A stretch of 64,000 bases of DNA from the IMG/VR virus record IMGVR_UViG_3300024346_000004; one strand, given 5' to 3'. This document shows positions 32,939 through 42,119 of the stretch, piece after piece. The notes under the pieces were generated by a model. That model saw only the letters and a program-made list of their open reading frames with translations. It was not told the DNA's origin and did not search any database. Every line of letters starts with the position of its first letter. The stretch's first letter is position 1. This stretch comes from a virus. Its lineage: Duplodnaviria > Caudoviricetes. The translations under genes were made by a program, and so were the position numbers.

Positions 32939-33615
32939 TGTCATTTAAGTTAAGTGTTGATTTAATCGAGTGGAATATGAAAGCTGCCCAAAAGGTCAGT
33001 GATCCCATTAAAGAAGTAATCCAGGATGCAATCAAAGCCAGTTGTACTATTTACGTTAAAACAGGTAAAGAACAATGGACAGGTAGTGGTTTTCATTTAG
33101 GTAATGGATATATTGCTACTGCTGGTCATGTTGCTCCAGAAGATCTAAAATCAATGGGAGCTCAGATTATAATCACATTTGACGGACAATCATTATATGA
33201 AGCTAGTGTAGTTTTAAGCAGTGATGAATATGACAGCGCTGTATTGTATTGCCAAGATATTGCTAGAATCGTACCTTCAGTTAATTTAGCAGATTCTGAT
33301 ACAGTGGAAATAGGCGATATAATTGCTGTCATTGGTGCTCCAGAGGGCTGGCAAGACACAGCAACGGTTGGCAGAGTAAGTAATATTCACCAATCTGTTC
33401 CTGGTGATGCTGGCCCTTCTTGGCAAGATATTATTTTTATTGATGCTGATATTCTGCAAGGAGTATCAGGCGGAATGGTTATTGGTACTGACGGTCTCGT
33501 AATAGGACATGTTATAGGTGTAACTGGGCAACACGCAGATGTAGGTGTGGGCGAAAATTCTGTATGCCCTATCAACAAGCTAAAATTATTACTTAATTCA
33601 ATTTCTAGCGTATAA
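32938..33615 (+). CDS. Trypsin-like (S1, HtrA-like) serine protease without PDZ
   Basis: GSGF, TAGHV (His), DSAVL (Asp) and GVSGG (Ser). Confidence 0.92.
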   Translation: MSFKLSVDLIEWNMKAAQKVSDPIKEVIQDAIKASCTIYVKTGKEQWTGSGFHLGNGYIATAGHVAPEDLKSMGAQIIITFDGQSLYEASVVLSSDEYDSAVLYCQDIARIVPSVNLADSDTVEIGDIIAVIGAPEGWQDTATVGRVSNIHQSVPGDAGPSWQDIIFIDADILQGVSGGMVIGTDGLVIGHVIGVTGQHADVGVGENSVCPINKLKLLLNSISSV

Positions 33616-33622
33616 TATATGT
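33611..33622 (+). promoter_or_regulatory. Leaderless-type -10 element of dnaJ
   Basis: TATAAT followed by 6 nt and then the GTG start; no SD. Confidence 0.55.
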
Positions 33623-34624
33623 GTGGACTACTATTCAATTTTAGGCGTAGATAAAAACGCATCTCAAGACGATATCAAAGCTTCATATCGCAAATTAGCA
33701 AGACAATTTCACCCAGACGTAAATAAAGAATCTGGTGCTGAAGAAAAGTTTAAGCAATTGGGTGAAGCATATTCTGTATTATCTGACCCAAATAAAAGAC
33801 AACAGTACGATAATCCTCAGCAGTTTAGACCTCAACAATCTGGGTTTGATCCATTCGGTTTTGATCCATTCTCAAATCCATTTCAAAGACAGCCACAACA
33901 AAATAATAGAAATATGCCTGTGTCAGTAAACATAGGACTATCATTAAAAGAAATTTATAATTCTGTTGAAAAAACAATTAATTATTCTAGAAATGTATGT
34001 TGCCATGATTGTTCTGGAAAAGGTGGATCTGGGTCTAAAAATATATGTCAACAATGCCAAGGTAGGGGCAGAAACATACAACAGATTCATGAGGGTATGT
34101 ATGTTCATGTAGTTGATTCTGGACCTTGTCAAGTTTGTAATGGTAATGGAATGATGTATTCATCTCCATGTTTAAAATGTAATGGAGCGGGATTCAAAAA
34201 TGAGAATTCATCCGTTACAGTTACTACAAAACATGGTATTTTATTTGATAATATTATTTTATCTGGTAAAGGTAATCATGTAGATCCAAACCAACAACCT
34301 GCTCCATTAATTATAGAATTTTATTTGGCTGATAATTCATTCCAATTTGATCAACAAGGTAATGGGATTAAGGAATATTTTATTAATCCAATTGAAGCTT
34401 TATTGGGCGACGAAATGGAAGTTGTTATGCCCGATGAAACACAATCTAAAATGAGAATACCTGCACACACCGCAAATAATCATATGTTTAGATTTGCAAA
34501 TAAAGGGTTACCAAGACCTAATGGATTTGGTGATTTCTTCGTCAAAATTTTGTATAAAAACCCTGATAGTATAACCGATAAGCAGAAAGAAATATTACAA
34601 AGTTATCTTGAGACTTTGAAGTGA
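33623..34624 (+). CDS. dnaJ: Class A DnaJ chaperone
   Basis: J domain with HPD, an F/Q-rich linker, four CxxCxGxG motifs and a C-terminal domain; GTG start. Confidence 0.96.
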   Translation: MDYYSILGVDKNASQDDIKASYRKLARQFHPDVNKESGAEEKFKQLGEAYSVLSDPNKRQQYDNPQQFRPQQSGFDPFGFDPFSNPFQRQPQQNNRNMPVSVNIGLSLKEIYNSVEKTINYSRNVCCHDCSGKGGSGSKNICQQCQGRGRNIQQIHEGMYVHVVDSGPCQVCNGNGMMYSSPCLKCNGAGFKNENSSVTVTTKHGILFDNIILSGKGNHVDPNQQPAPLIIEFYLADNSFQFDQQGNGIKEYFINPIEALLGDEMEVVMPDETQSKMRIPAHTANNHMFRFANKGLPRPNGFGDFFVKILYKNPDSITDKQKEILQSYLETLK

Positions 34625-34634
34625 GGATAAAATT

Positions 34635-34850
34635 ATGTCAATGATTAAGCGAGCTACTGGATCTATTCAGTCTTTTACATCTGAAGAGGGCGTAGAAGAA
34701 GAGATTAAGGTTGTAGAATCTGATGAAACACAGCCAGCTCCACAATCTATTATTGTTAAAGATGTATTGGACATTCCATTAGTAACATCTATGGATTTAG
34801 ATATCAATGCTACTGATGAAAGTGATGATGTAGTAGCTAAGGACTGCTAA
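34635..34850 (+). CDS. Small acidic hypothetical protein
   Basis: GAGGA RBS; abuts the next gene. Confidence 0.7.
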   Translation: MSMIKRATGSIQSFTSEEGVEEEIKVVESDETQPAPQSIIVKDVLDIPLVTSMDLDINATDESDDVVAKDC

Positions 34851-35321
34851 ATGGATATACTTCAGCGAGCAGGTGTTCTTGATAAAATTATGAACACCTT
34901 ATATCATGTTGGTAAAGATCATATTATTTTAGTAATCAGCTTTATTTTAGCTGTTTTACTTCTTCCATTTATTGCAAAAAGATTTAAAACAGAATCTGAT
35001 TACGTATACAAAGTGTTATTGTTAGTCAAAAGTGTATTGGGTTCAAAACTTGGTACTAAAGGTCAAGTAATTTTAGATGCTTGGGCTGAAGGTATCAAAC
35101 GAGCTTCTGATGGTACATTTGATGGTGCTGACAAAGTTGATCAACTAATTAGATTTCTCAAAATCGTTGCATCTCAAAATAATATTGAATTATCAGAGAC
35201 AGATGTAGCTATTATTACTGAATTAGCGGAAACATCTCTTAGTATGCTTCAAGGCCAGAAAAAGATTGATATTGCAGTGGGTGTGGATAAATTTCAATCA
35301 ATGTCTCATGTAATTGCATAA
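34851..35321 (+). CDS. Membrane protein, holin LL-H-like
   Basis: One N-terminal TM segment; GADK...LK...IELSETDV..I.E resembles the LL-H holin pattern. Confidence 0.45.
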   Translation: MDILQRAGVLDKIMNTLYHVGKDHIILVISFILAVLLLPFIAKRFKTESDYVYKVLLLVKSVLGSKLGTKGQVILDAWAEGIKRASDGTFDGADKVDQLIRFLKIVASQNNIELSETDVAIITELAETSLSMLQGQKKIDIAVGVDKFQSMSHVIA

Positions 35322-35345
35322 ATCGCATGAGCATGATATTATTAT
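35314..35345 (+). promoter_or_regulatory. Sigma70-type promoter of the helicase gene
   Basis: TTGCAT (35314)-17 nt-TATTAT (35337) with a TGn extension; ATG is 9 nt downstream. Confidence 0.55.
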
Positions 35346-35351
35346 TGTGAA

Positions 35352-37163
35352 ATGGTTGAAATTCACGTAAACAATCACGCATGCTTTATTGTAGGGTCAT
35401 TTTCGGATGACCCTTTTTATTCTAATTCTGTACATAATGAAATCAAAAAAGCATTATCTTACAAAGTACCGAATCATGAATGGTCTGAAAAATATAAGCA
35501 AGGCATTTGGGATGGTACGATTTCAATTTATAATCGTAAGCTAAGTCAATTTCCAACAGGATTGCTTTATAGGGTTATTGGATTATTAGATGAGCTCAAT
35601 GTTGAGCATAAAATTATAGATAATCGTAAAAGACCTAAAAAGGTTTACCCTTTAACATTAGATTTAGGTAATCGTACATTAAGAGATTACCAAAAACTCT
35701 CAGCAGAAAAATTTGCAGAAACTGGCACTGGTATTCTTGCTTTAGCTACTGGTGCTGGTAAAACATTAACTTCTTGCTACTTGTTTACCCAAATACAAAC
35801 TTACCCTGTTGTATTTATTGTTCCAGCCTTAGAATTGCTTAATCAAACTCAAAAAGAATTTGAAAAGTATTTAAGATTAGATGGTAAACCAGTTAAGGTA
35901 GGGAAAATTGGTGGTGGTGTAGTTGATATCAATATGGAAGGTATCAATGTCTGCACTTATCAAACTATTCTTACAGCATACAATAAAAAATATAATGAAA
36001 AGCAATATAAGATTGTTGAATCTAAAGATGGCGATGGTCCTAAATCTACCGAACAACTTCAAAAAGAATTTGATTTAGCTACAAAAAAGTGGAAGATTTC
36101 AGAAAATAATGCAAAAAGAGATTTATCTACATTATCATTAAGTATAGAGAATACTCAAAAGCAGATAGAAATAGAACAAGATCCCAAAAAGAAGAAAACA
36201 TTAACTACTTCATTAGCTAATCTTGAAAAACAATATAATAAAGATTTCGCTTCTAAAGTTAAAGTTGATTTAGCAGCATATAAAAAAGCTCAAACTGCAT
36301 GGGATAATAGACAAAAGATATTATATGAAAAATCACAAGTAAGAGATCTTATTTCTTCATGTAAAGGCTTTATTGTAGATGAAGCGCATTTGGCTGCAGT
36401 AGTTGTAGAAGAATTAAGATCTTTTGCACAAGAAGCTTTTTATTGTGGCGGAATGTCAGCAACTCCATATCGAACAGACAATCAAGAAATTCGTATAGAA
36501 GGTGCTTTAGGCGGGAAAATATACGAAGTAAGTAATAGTGATTTAATCGATAGGAAGTTCTTAGTACCTCCCAAAATCTTTATGGTTGAGATAGAAGAAT
36601 TTTCAACACCTCAAACATATGCTGACGCTTATGAGCAAAATATTGTAAATTCTTGGGAAAGAAACTATAGAATTAAACAATTTGCCGAATCTTTCAAAGA
36701 GGCTGGTTTACCTGTATTAATTTTAGTTGAAAGAAGAGAACATGGATTTATATTAGAATCTATGATTGAAGATGCAGTATTTGTTCCTGGTGGTGATAAG
36801 GGTGAAATAGACCCAACAGATGAAGAAAAGAATTACCGCAGAAGAATGCTTAATTCTGTGGAAAATAATGAAATAGTATTGATAGCTACACAATGGGCCA
36901 ATACAGGTGTAGATGCCCCTAAAATAGCCACTTTAATCATAGCTGGATCTTGCGCTTCTCCAGTTACAACATATCAGCAAGTAGGTAGAGTTCTAAGATG
37001 TGTAGGGCGAGATGCTAATGAATCTACACTAAACGGTAAACCATATGCTGTAGTGATAGATTTTTATGATCAACACAAGAATCTTAAAACCCATTCTAAT
37101 ATGAGGAAAAGGGTTTATAGATACGAAAGATCATGGGATTTTAAAATGATAAAGGCTACATAG
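35352..37163 (+). CDS. SF2 DExH helicase (UvsW / Rad25-like)
   Basis: ATGAGKT, DEAH, SATP and QQVGRVLR motifs. Confidence 0.93.
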   Translation: MVEIHVNNHACFIVGSFSDDPFYSNSVHNEIKKALSYKVPNHEWSEKYKQGIWDGTISIYNRKLSQFPTGLLYRVIGLLDELNVEHKIIDNRKRPKKVYPLTLDLGNRTLRDYQKLSAEKFAETGTGILALATGAGKTLTSCYLFTQIQTYPVVFIVPALELLNQTQKEFEKYLRLDGKPVKVGKIGGGVVDINMEGINVCTYQTILTAYNKKYNEKQYKIVESKDGDGPKSTEQLQKEFDLATKKWKISENNAKRDLSTLSLSIENTQKQIEIEQDPKKKKTLTTSLANLEKQYNKDFASKVKVDLAAYKKAQTAWDNRQKILYEKSQVRDLISSCKGFIVDEAHLAAVVVEELRSFAQEAFYCGGMSATPYRTDNQEIRIEGALGGKIYEVSNSDLIDRKFLVPPKIFMVEIEEFSTPQTYADAYEQNIVNSWERNYRIKQFAESFKEAGLPVLILVERREHGFILESMIEDAVFVPGGDKGEIDPTDEEKNYRRRMLNSVENNEIVLIATQWANTGVDAPKIATLIIAGSCASPVTTYQQVGRVLRCVGRDANESTLNGKPYAVVIDFYDQHKNLKTHSNMRKRVYRYERSWDFKMIKAT

Positions 37164-37175
37164 AGTAGCCTTTAT
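37149..37175. terminator. Bidirectional hairpin terminator
   Basis: ATAAAGGCTAC-ataga-GTAGCCTTTAT, an 11-bp perfect stem spanning the helicase stop codon. Confidence 0.75.
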
Positions 37176-37177
37176 TG

Positions 37178-37252
37178 TTAGTCAACCTTGAAATTGAATA
37201 CAGCACTATATACTGCTTCAAGCAATTCTTCAAATTCTTTTAAGAATCTCAA
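37178..37252 (-). CDS. Putative 24-aa small protein MRFLKEFEELLEAVYSAVFNFKVD
   Basis: AAGGAG + 7 nt + TTG start, upstream TATAAT (37326-37321), terminator directly after the stop; an in-frame ATG at 37282 would give 34 aa. Confidence 0.5.
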   Translation of the reverse strand: MRFLKEFEELLEAVYSAVFNFKVD

Positions 37253-37351
37253 TGTCTTTCTCCTTCTTATATTATTTCCCATCAACGGAATATAAGATTC
37301 GACATTGAAACTTACATATGATTATACTGTACTGAATAGCATAACACCTAG

Positions 37352-37381
37352 AGGAAGCTATCTATTTTCTTAAAGAATATT
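37352..37381 (+). promoter_or_regulatory. AGG-N19-AGAAT promoter-like motif
   Basis: AGG aagctatctattttcttaa AGAATATT upstream of 37411. Confidence 0.5.
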
Positions 37382-37410
37382 ACTCTTATCAACAAAAAAA
37401 GGCATATATC

Positions 37411-37761
37411 ATGAGAACACAGACTATTGTTGGAAAACCTAAATCATGCTTAAACCGTAATTGTCATTCTCCATTTTATAAAGAGTCCCATTTAGGCTGG
37501 CTTCCGAAATCAGAAGTGGAAGCTTATGCAATTATGAGATGTCCGAAATGTAAGGATACTTTTGCTGTTGTCCAATTAATGTCCATGGTATATGAATATA
37601 AAAATTCATTACCTAAAGACCCTAATAATGAGTTTAATCCTTCTTCTATATCATCAACAGAAATCAATAATTTCAGAAAGAAATTAGATGATTCTGATGC
37701 TTTAAAGAAAATATTTGAAGGCTTATATCCTGGTGGTAGCCTTTTTGATCCTGAAGAATAG
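37411..37761 (+). CDS. Zn-ribbon protein
   Basis: CLNRNC and CPKC cysteine pairs. Confidence 0.7.
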   Translation: MRTQTIVGKPKSCLNRNCHSPFYKESHLGWLPKSEVEAYAIMRCPKCKDTFAVVQLMSMVYEYKNSLPKDPNNEFNPSSISSTEINNFRKKLDDSDALKKIFEGLYPGGSLFDPEE

Positions 37762-37791
37762 CTTGTATAATTGCCATAGAGGGTAATTATT

Positions 37792-39516
37792 ATGGCAGTA
37801 GTAGGCATTGATTTAGGAACAACAAATTCATTAATTTCTTATATTAACAAGAATGGCATCCCTGAAGTAATCCCAAATTCAATTGGTTTTCGCACTACCC
37901 CATCTATTATCAGCTTTACTCCTGAGGGCGAAATATTTGTCGGTAGGGAAGCTGTAGATAACGAAACTTATTATCCAGAAACTACTTTTAGATCTGTTAA
38001 AAGATTCATGGGTACTAATCATAGATTTAATGTCTATGAAAAGATATATTCCCCCGAAGAATTATCTGCAGAAATACTAAAGAAATTAAAACAAGACGCA
38101 GAAACATTTTTAGGCGAATCTATTGAAGGAGCTGTCATAACGGTACCAGCTTATTTTAACAATGATCAACGACAATCTACAAAAATAGCTGGTGAATTAG
38201 CGGGTTTAAAGGTTATGAGAATTATTAATGAACCTACAGCTGCTTCTTTATCTTATGGATTAGATAAAAGTATAAATCAAACTGTTTTAGTATATGATCT
38301 TGGCGGTGGTACTTTTGATGTAACTATTCTCAAGATTTCTGATGGTATGGATTTTCATGTATTATCAACTTCAGGAGATACAAATTTAGGTGGAGATGAT
38401 TTTGATATCGCAATTATTGAAATGATTGCTGATAAATGTAATATCAATAGTTCTGACCTAAACACTGAACAATATGTAAGAATTAGAGATGCAGCAGAAA
38501 AAGCTAAAAAAGATCTTACATTCAAGGACAGTACGAGAATCAATCTTCATTATTTTCATTTTGTAGATGACCGCCCACAAGATATTAGATGTATTATTAC
38601 TAGAGAAGAATTTAATGAAAAAATTGCACCATTTGTAGATAAAACAAAAAAATGTGTGTCTTCTGCAATTTTTGATGCGGGATTGAAATTTGCAGATATT
38701 AATGAAGTGGTATTTGTCGGAGGATCAACTAGAGTTCCCTTTATTACAGAAGAAATTAAAAAGCTTACTGGCAAAAATCCTAATAAAACAATTAATCCCG
38801 ATGAAGCTGTTTCTGTAGGAGCCTGTATTCAAGCTGATGTTCTTACTGGTAAATCCGATAAGATGGTATTTCTTTTAGACGTAACTCCATTATCTTTAGG
38901 CGTAGAAATACAGGGCGGATTAATGAATAAGATGATTAGTAGAAATACATCTATTCCAGCCAAGTATACAGAAGTATTTACTACAGCATACGATAATCAA
39001 GAAGAAGTAGATGTCAAAGTGTTTCAAGGAGAAAGACCTAGAACAGAAGACAATATTCTTTTAGGTGAATTCAAGTTAGACAATTTAAAGAAACAACCTA
39101 GAGGCGTTACTAAAATTGAAGTGACATTTGAATTAGATTCGGATGGTATTTTATCTGTCAAAGCCCAAGATGAAACTACAGGGAATCAAAAGGATATTGT
39201 ATTAACTGGACAATCTTCATTATCGTCAGACCAAATTAAAAAACTGTTAGAAGATTCAGAAAAATTCAAAGCAGAAGATGAAGAATTTATTTATCATAAA
39301 AATCTTGAATACACAATTAATGATTTGATTATGCAAGTGGAAGAATTAATTAGAGTTCAAAAAAATAATGATGAATTAAAAGATATTTTGAAATCCTTAC
39401 AAGAAGTATCTGATTTTAAGAATAAAGAATTTATTAACGGATTGATAGAATCTGTAAAGGAGGATATATTAGAGATAAGCGATTTAATTTACAAGAAAGC
39501 AAAATCTTTAGTATGA
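37792..39516 (+). CDS. dnaK: Hsp70 chaperone DnaK with a short C-terminus
   Basis: GIDLGTTNS, TVPAYF, RIINEPTAA, YDLGGGTFD, VGGSTRVP and LLDVTPLSLG; upstream TATAAT at 37766 and a GAGGG RBS. Confidence 0.97.
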   Translation: MAVVGIDLGTTNSLISYINKNGIPEVIPNSIGFRTTPSIISFTPEGEIFVGREAVDNETYYPETTFRSVKRFMGTNHRFNVYEKIYSPEELSAEILKKLKQDAETFLGESIEGAVITVPAYFNNDQRQSTKIAGELAGLKVMRIINEPTAASLSYGLDKSINQTVLVYDLGGGTFDVTILKISDGMDFHVLSTSGDTNLGGDDFDIAIIEMIADKCNINSSDLNTEQYVRIRDAAEKAKKDLTFKDSTRINLHYFHFVDDRPQDIRCIITREEFNEKIAPFVDKTKKCVSSAIFDAGLKFADINEVVFVGGSTRVPFITEEIKKLTGKNPNKTINPDEAVSVGACIQADVLTGKSDKMVFLLDVTPLSLGVEIQGGLMNKMISRNTSIPAKYTEVFTTAYDNQEEVDVKVFQGERPRTEDNILLGEFKLDNLKKQPRGVTKIEVTFELDSDGILSVKAQDETTGNQKDIVLTGQSSLSSDQIKKLLEDSEKFKAEDEEFIYHKNLEYTINDLIMQVEELIRVQKNNDELKDILKSLQEVSDFKNKEFINGLIESVKEDILEISDLIYKKAKSLV

Positions 39517-40097
39517 CCTCTTATGAATATGATAACAATTTAAGAACACAATATGGACCTTTAGTATGTGGCACTGATGAATGTGGTAGAGGTTCTTGGG
39601 TTTATTCTATTGTTGCAGCTAGTGTTGTAATGAAACCTGATTATTACAATGCTAAAATAAAAGATTCAAAGTTACTCTCGGAAAAATTGAGATCTCAATT
39701 ATATCAGGAAATTATTGATAATAGCCTATATTATAAAATAGTAGAAGCAGATAATCATTATATTGATAAATGGGGCATAAATAAAGCAAATATATATGTT
39801 ATGGAAGAATCTGCAAAAGAATCTAAAGCAAATATTTATGTAGTAGATCAATCACCGGCTTTTAGTTTAAATCCTTATCTTATGATGCCTAAAGCTGACA
39901 GTATTAGTTTTACTGTTTCATGTGCAAGTATTTTAGCTAAACATTATCATGACAGTAATTTAATAGAAATTGCAAAATCATATCCAGAATATAACTGGCA
40001 TAAAAATAAGGGTTATATTACAAAAGATCATAAAGAAGCTGTGATAAAATATGGTTTGTCCGATTTACATAGAAAGTCATATAAACTAAAATCATGA
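39513..40097 (+). CDS. rnhB: Ribonuclease HII
   Basis: GTDECGRG, KDSKLLS, ASILAK, NKGY and HRKSY motifs. Confidence 0.93.
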   Translation: MTSYEYDNNLRTQYGPLVCGTDECGRGSWVYSIVAASVVMKPDYYNAKIKDSKLLSEKLRSQLYQEIIDNSLYYKIVEADNHYIDKWGINKANIYVMEESAKESKANIYVVDQSPAFSLNPYLMMPKADSISFTVSCASILAKHYHDSNLIEIAKSYPEYNWHKNKGYITKDHKEAVIKYGLSDLHRKSYKLKS

Positions 40098-40498
40098 AGT
40101 TGTTTAATAATATTGGCATAGTATCTTCTTTTATTTGTGCAGTTCATTGTGCTATTACACCTTTACTATTAACTTTTTTACCGTTGTGGGGATTATCATT
40201 ATTAGCAGATAAAACATTTGAAGTTATTATGTTATGTTTATCTGGAATATTTGGAATACTTAATCTCTGTTTTGGTATTAAAAAACATAAATCATATAAA
40301 GCTTTAAGTTTATTTTCAATTGGATTCGGTCTGTCTGCAATTGGAAATATGTTTCACAGTCATATAGAAAATCATAAACATCACGAAATATTTGAACCAT
40401 ATATTCTTTTTCTAGTATTAGGCGGGATATTGATATGTATTTCTTATATTGTTAATTCTAAGCTTTGTAATTCTTGCAAGGTCTGTCATGTCAGATAA
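40094..40498 (+). CDS. MerC-family membrane protein
   Basis: S.ICAVHC..P motif, four TM segments and a His-rich loop. Confidence 0.8.
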   Translation: MKLFNNIGIVSSFICAVHCAITPLLLTFLPLWGLSLLADKTFEVIMLCLSGIFGILNLCFGIKKHKSYKALSLFSIGFGLSAIGNMFHSHIENHKHHEIFEPYILFLVLGGILICISYIVNSKLCNSCKVCHVR

Positions 40499-40994
40499 TA
40501 TTCCATCTAAATCTTTTAAAGAAAAAACCAACTCAGTAAATGAACTTGAGTTGGTTGATATAAGATTAGAAAAAATATTAATAGGTCCTAATGATAAGGC
40601 ATATGTGTTAATTGGTGATACTGAAAAAACAGTATGCTTTGAATTAAATTCTTTTGAAGGCAGTATGTTGTCTTTTGTTTATAAAGGCTTGCATACTAAT
40701 TCACATATACAAACAATACATCAGTTGTATATTAGATATTTGAAAGATCAGGGAACTAATCTTGAAAGGGTGGTAATTGAATCTAGAGCGGGAGATATTA
40801 CTTATGCTAGCTTAAGATTCGTTGATATCAAGCATAGAAGATATTATGCCATTTGTTCTTTAGGAGATGCTTTGATTCTTTCTTATTTAACAAAGTGCTC
40901 ACTCTCAGCAGTCAAAAAACCGTGGCTTACCTACGATCCTTATGATGACACCAATTATGAGCACTTTATTATAGATTTGTCCCCTGAAGACTAG
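40488..40994 (+). CDS. Bifunctional nuclease (DUF151) family protein
   Basis: THQL-like segment followed by LERVVI...TYASLRF...SLGDALIL; the ATG at 40488 is more plausible than the TTG at 40449. Confidence 0.7.
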   Translation: MSDNIPSKSFKEKTNSVNELELVDIRLEKILIGPNDKAYVLIGDTEKTVCFELNSFEGSMLSFVYKGLHTNSHIQTIHQLYIRYLKDQGTNLERVVIESRAGDITYASLRFVDIKHRRYYAICSLGDALILSYLTKCSLSAVKKPWLTYDPYDDTNYEHFIIDLSPED

Positions 40995-41001
40995 CGCTAA
41001 A

Positions 41002-42018
41002 TTAAGAAGTAGCGATCCAGCAGTAGAAGTCGAAGTCAACGGTTAATAACTGGTTAGTAACGTTGAATGCAGACTTTGTAACAACAGACTTGGAAAGGTT
41101 AACTGATGGAAGAAGGTTGGTCCATGTATTGTTCGAAGCATTATAGATTTCGAAGGTAAATGGAACGTTTTCTGAAACAGCAGCACCAGGAGTCTGAAGA
41201 GTAAGGTCTCCAGCAGTTGGTTCGTTAGTACCATAGGAAAGGTTGACAGATTCGTCAATACCTGCACCGTACTGGCTGAAGTAGTAGTCTCCGCCTCTGT
41301 CTTCAAGAAGAACAGCAGCTTTACCGGAACCTGAGATTTCTACACCAGTAATACCAAGGAATGGGAACTGAGCACCGAAGCGATAGGTCTTATTAGTACC
41401 TGGAACTTGGATTAATTCACCCTGTCCATCAGATGGCATACCATCGTCAGTTGCAGCAGCCTTAGGAATCAAGAAGAATGTTTCTTGAGTCTTTGACTGA
41501 ACCTTGAGGTTAGCTTCCATGATAAAGAATGTTCTACCACCAATGCTAACACGGAAGTCATAGAATCTTGCAACTCTTGTAGGACCACCAGCACTCAATG
41601 GGTTTAATTCATTGATTGGTAGGTTGGTTACCTGGAAGTAGTTAGCAAGAGTGGAGTCTGTAGAACCGTCCGATTTAAGGGTAAGGTCCACAGTAGCACC
41701 GGATTCTGAAACCTGGAAGTTTGCAGATTCAAGAATTGGTAATGTCGCAGTGGCTGGGGATAAGATTTCTGCAATCTTTGTGTTTGCGAGAGCTCTTCCG
41801 TCTTTGCCAGCTGCGCCACCAACAAGAATAGGAGCCTTAACTGTAATACTTTCAGATACACCACCAATGTCAAGAATTCTTGAAAGTGGAGTACCCTGAA
41901 TGAAGTTTTTGGCTTCTACTTGCATCGATCTATTTCTGTTTGCAGATTCTGCTACGTACTGCGAACCAGAAATCAAGAGCGACTTATAAACACCATATAG
42001 GTTGTTATTTAGAGGCAT
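41002..42018 (-). CDS. Highly expressed structural protein, probably the major tail tube
   Basis: Strong TTC/AAC/ACC/TAC codon bias unlike its neighbours; AGGAG RBS; own promoter motif; beta-rich two-half pattern. Confidence 0.55.
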   Translation of the reverse strand: MPLNNNLYGVYKSLLISGSQYVAESANRNRSMQVEAKNFIQGTPLSRILDIGGVSESITVKAPILVGGAAGKDGRALANTKIAEILSPATATLPILESANFQVSESGATVDLTLKSDGSTDSTLANYFQVTNLPINELNPLSAGGPTRVARFYDFRVSIGGRTFFIMEANLKVQSKTQETFFLIPKAAATDDGMPSDGQGELIQVPGTNKTYRFGAQFPFLGITGVEISGSGKAAVLLEDRGGDYYFSQYGAGIDESVNLSYGTNEPTAGDLTLQTPGAAVSENVPFTFEIYNASNNTWTNLLPSVNLSKSVVTKSAFNVTNQLLTVDFDFYCWIATS

Positions 42019-42040
42019 AATACTATCTCCTGATTTATTT

Positions 42041-42060
42041 CATTGTAATCATTTACAACG
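42041..42060 (-). promoter_or_regulatory. 5' UTR hairpin
   Basis: CGUUGUAA-AUGA-UUACAAUG forms 8 bp with one G:U pair on the minus-strand RNA. Confidence 0.4.
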
Positions 42061-42070
42061 TCTTATTTTT

Positions 42071-42099
42071 ATTTTTCTTCGAATATGTTTTTTTACCCT
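42071..42099 (-). promoter_or_regulatory. AGG-N18-AGAA promoter-like motif
   Basis: AGG gtaaaaaaacatattcga AGAAAAAT. Confidence 0.6.
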
Positions 42100-42119
42100 T
42101 TGTCGGTACTTTCATATTC

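Noticed and set aside
35990-36340. Intein in the helicase
   Set aside because: No C/S start, HN-C/S/T end or LAGLIDADG motifs.
33600-37800. Cellular dnaK heat-shock operon or CIRCE control
   Set aside because: No hrcA, grpE or CIRCE inverted repeat is visible, and dnaJ and dnaK are separated, each with its own -10 box.
40449-40487. TTG start for the DUF151 gene
   Set aside because: It overlaps the MerC-like gene by 50 nt; the ATG at 40488 is more plausible.
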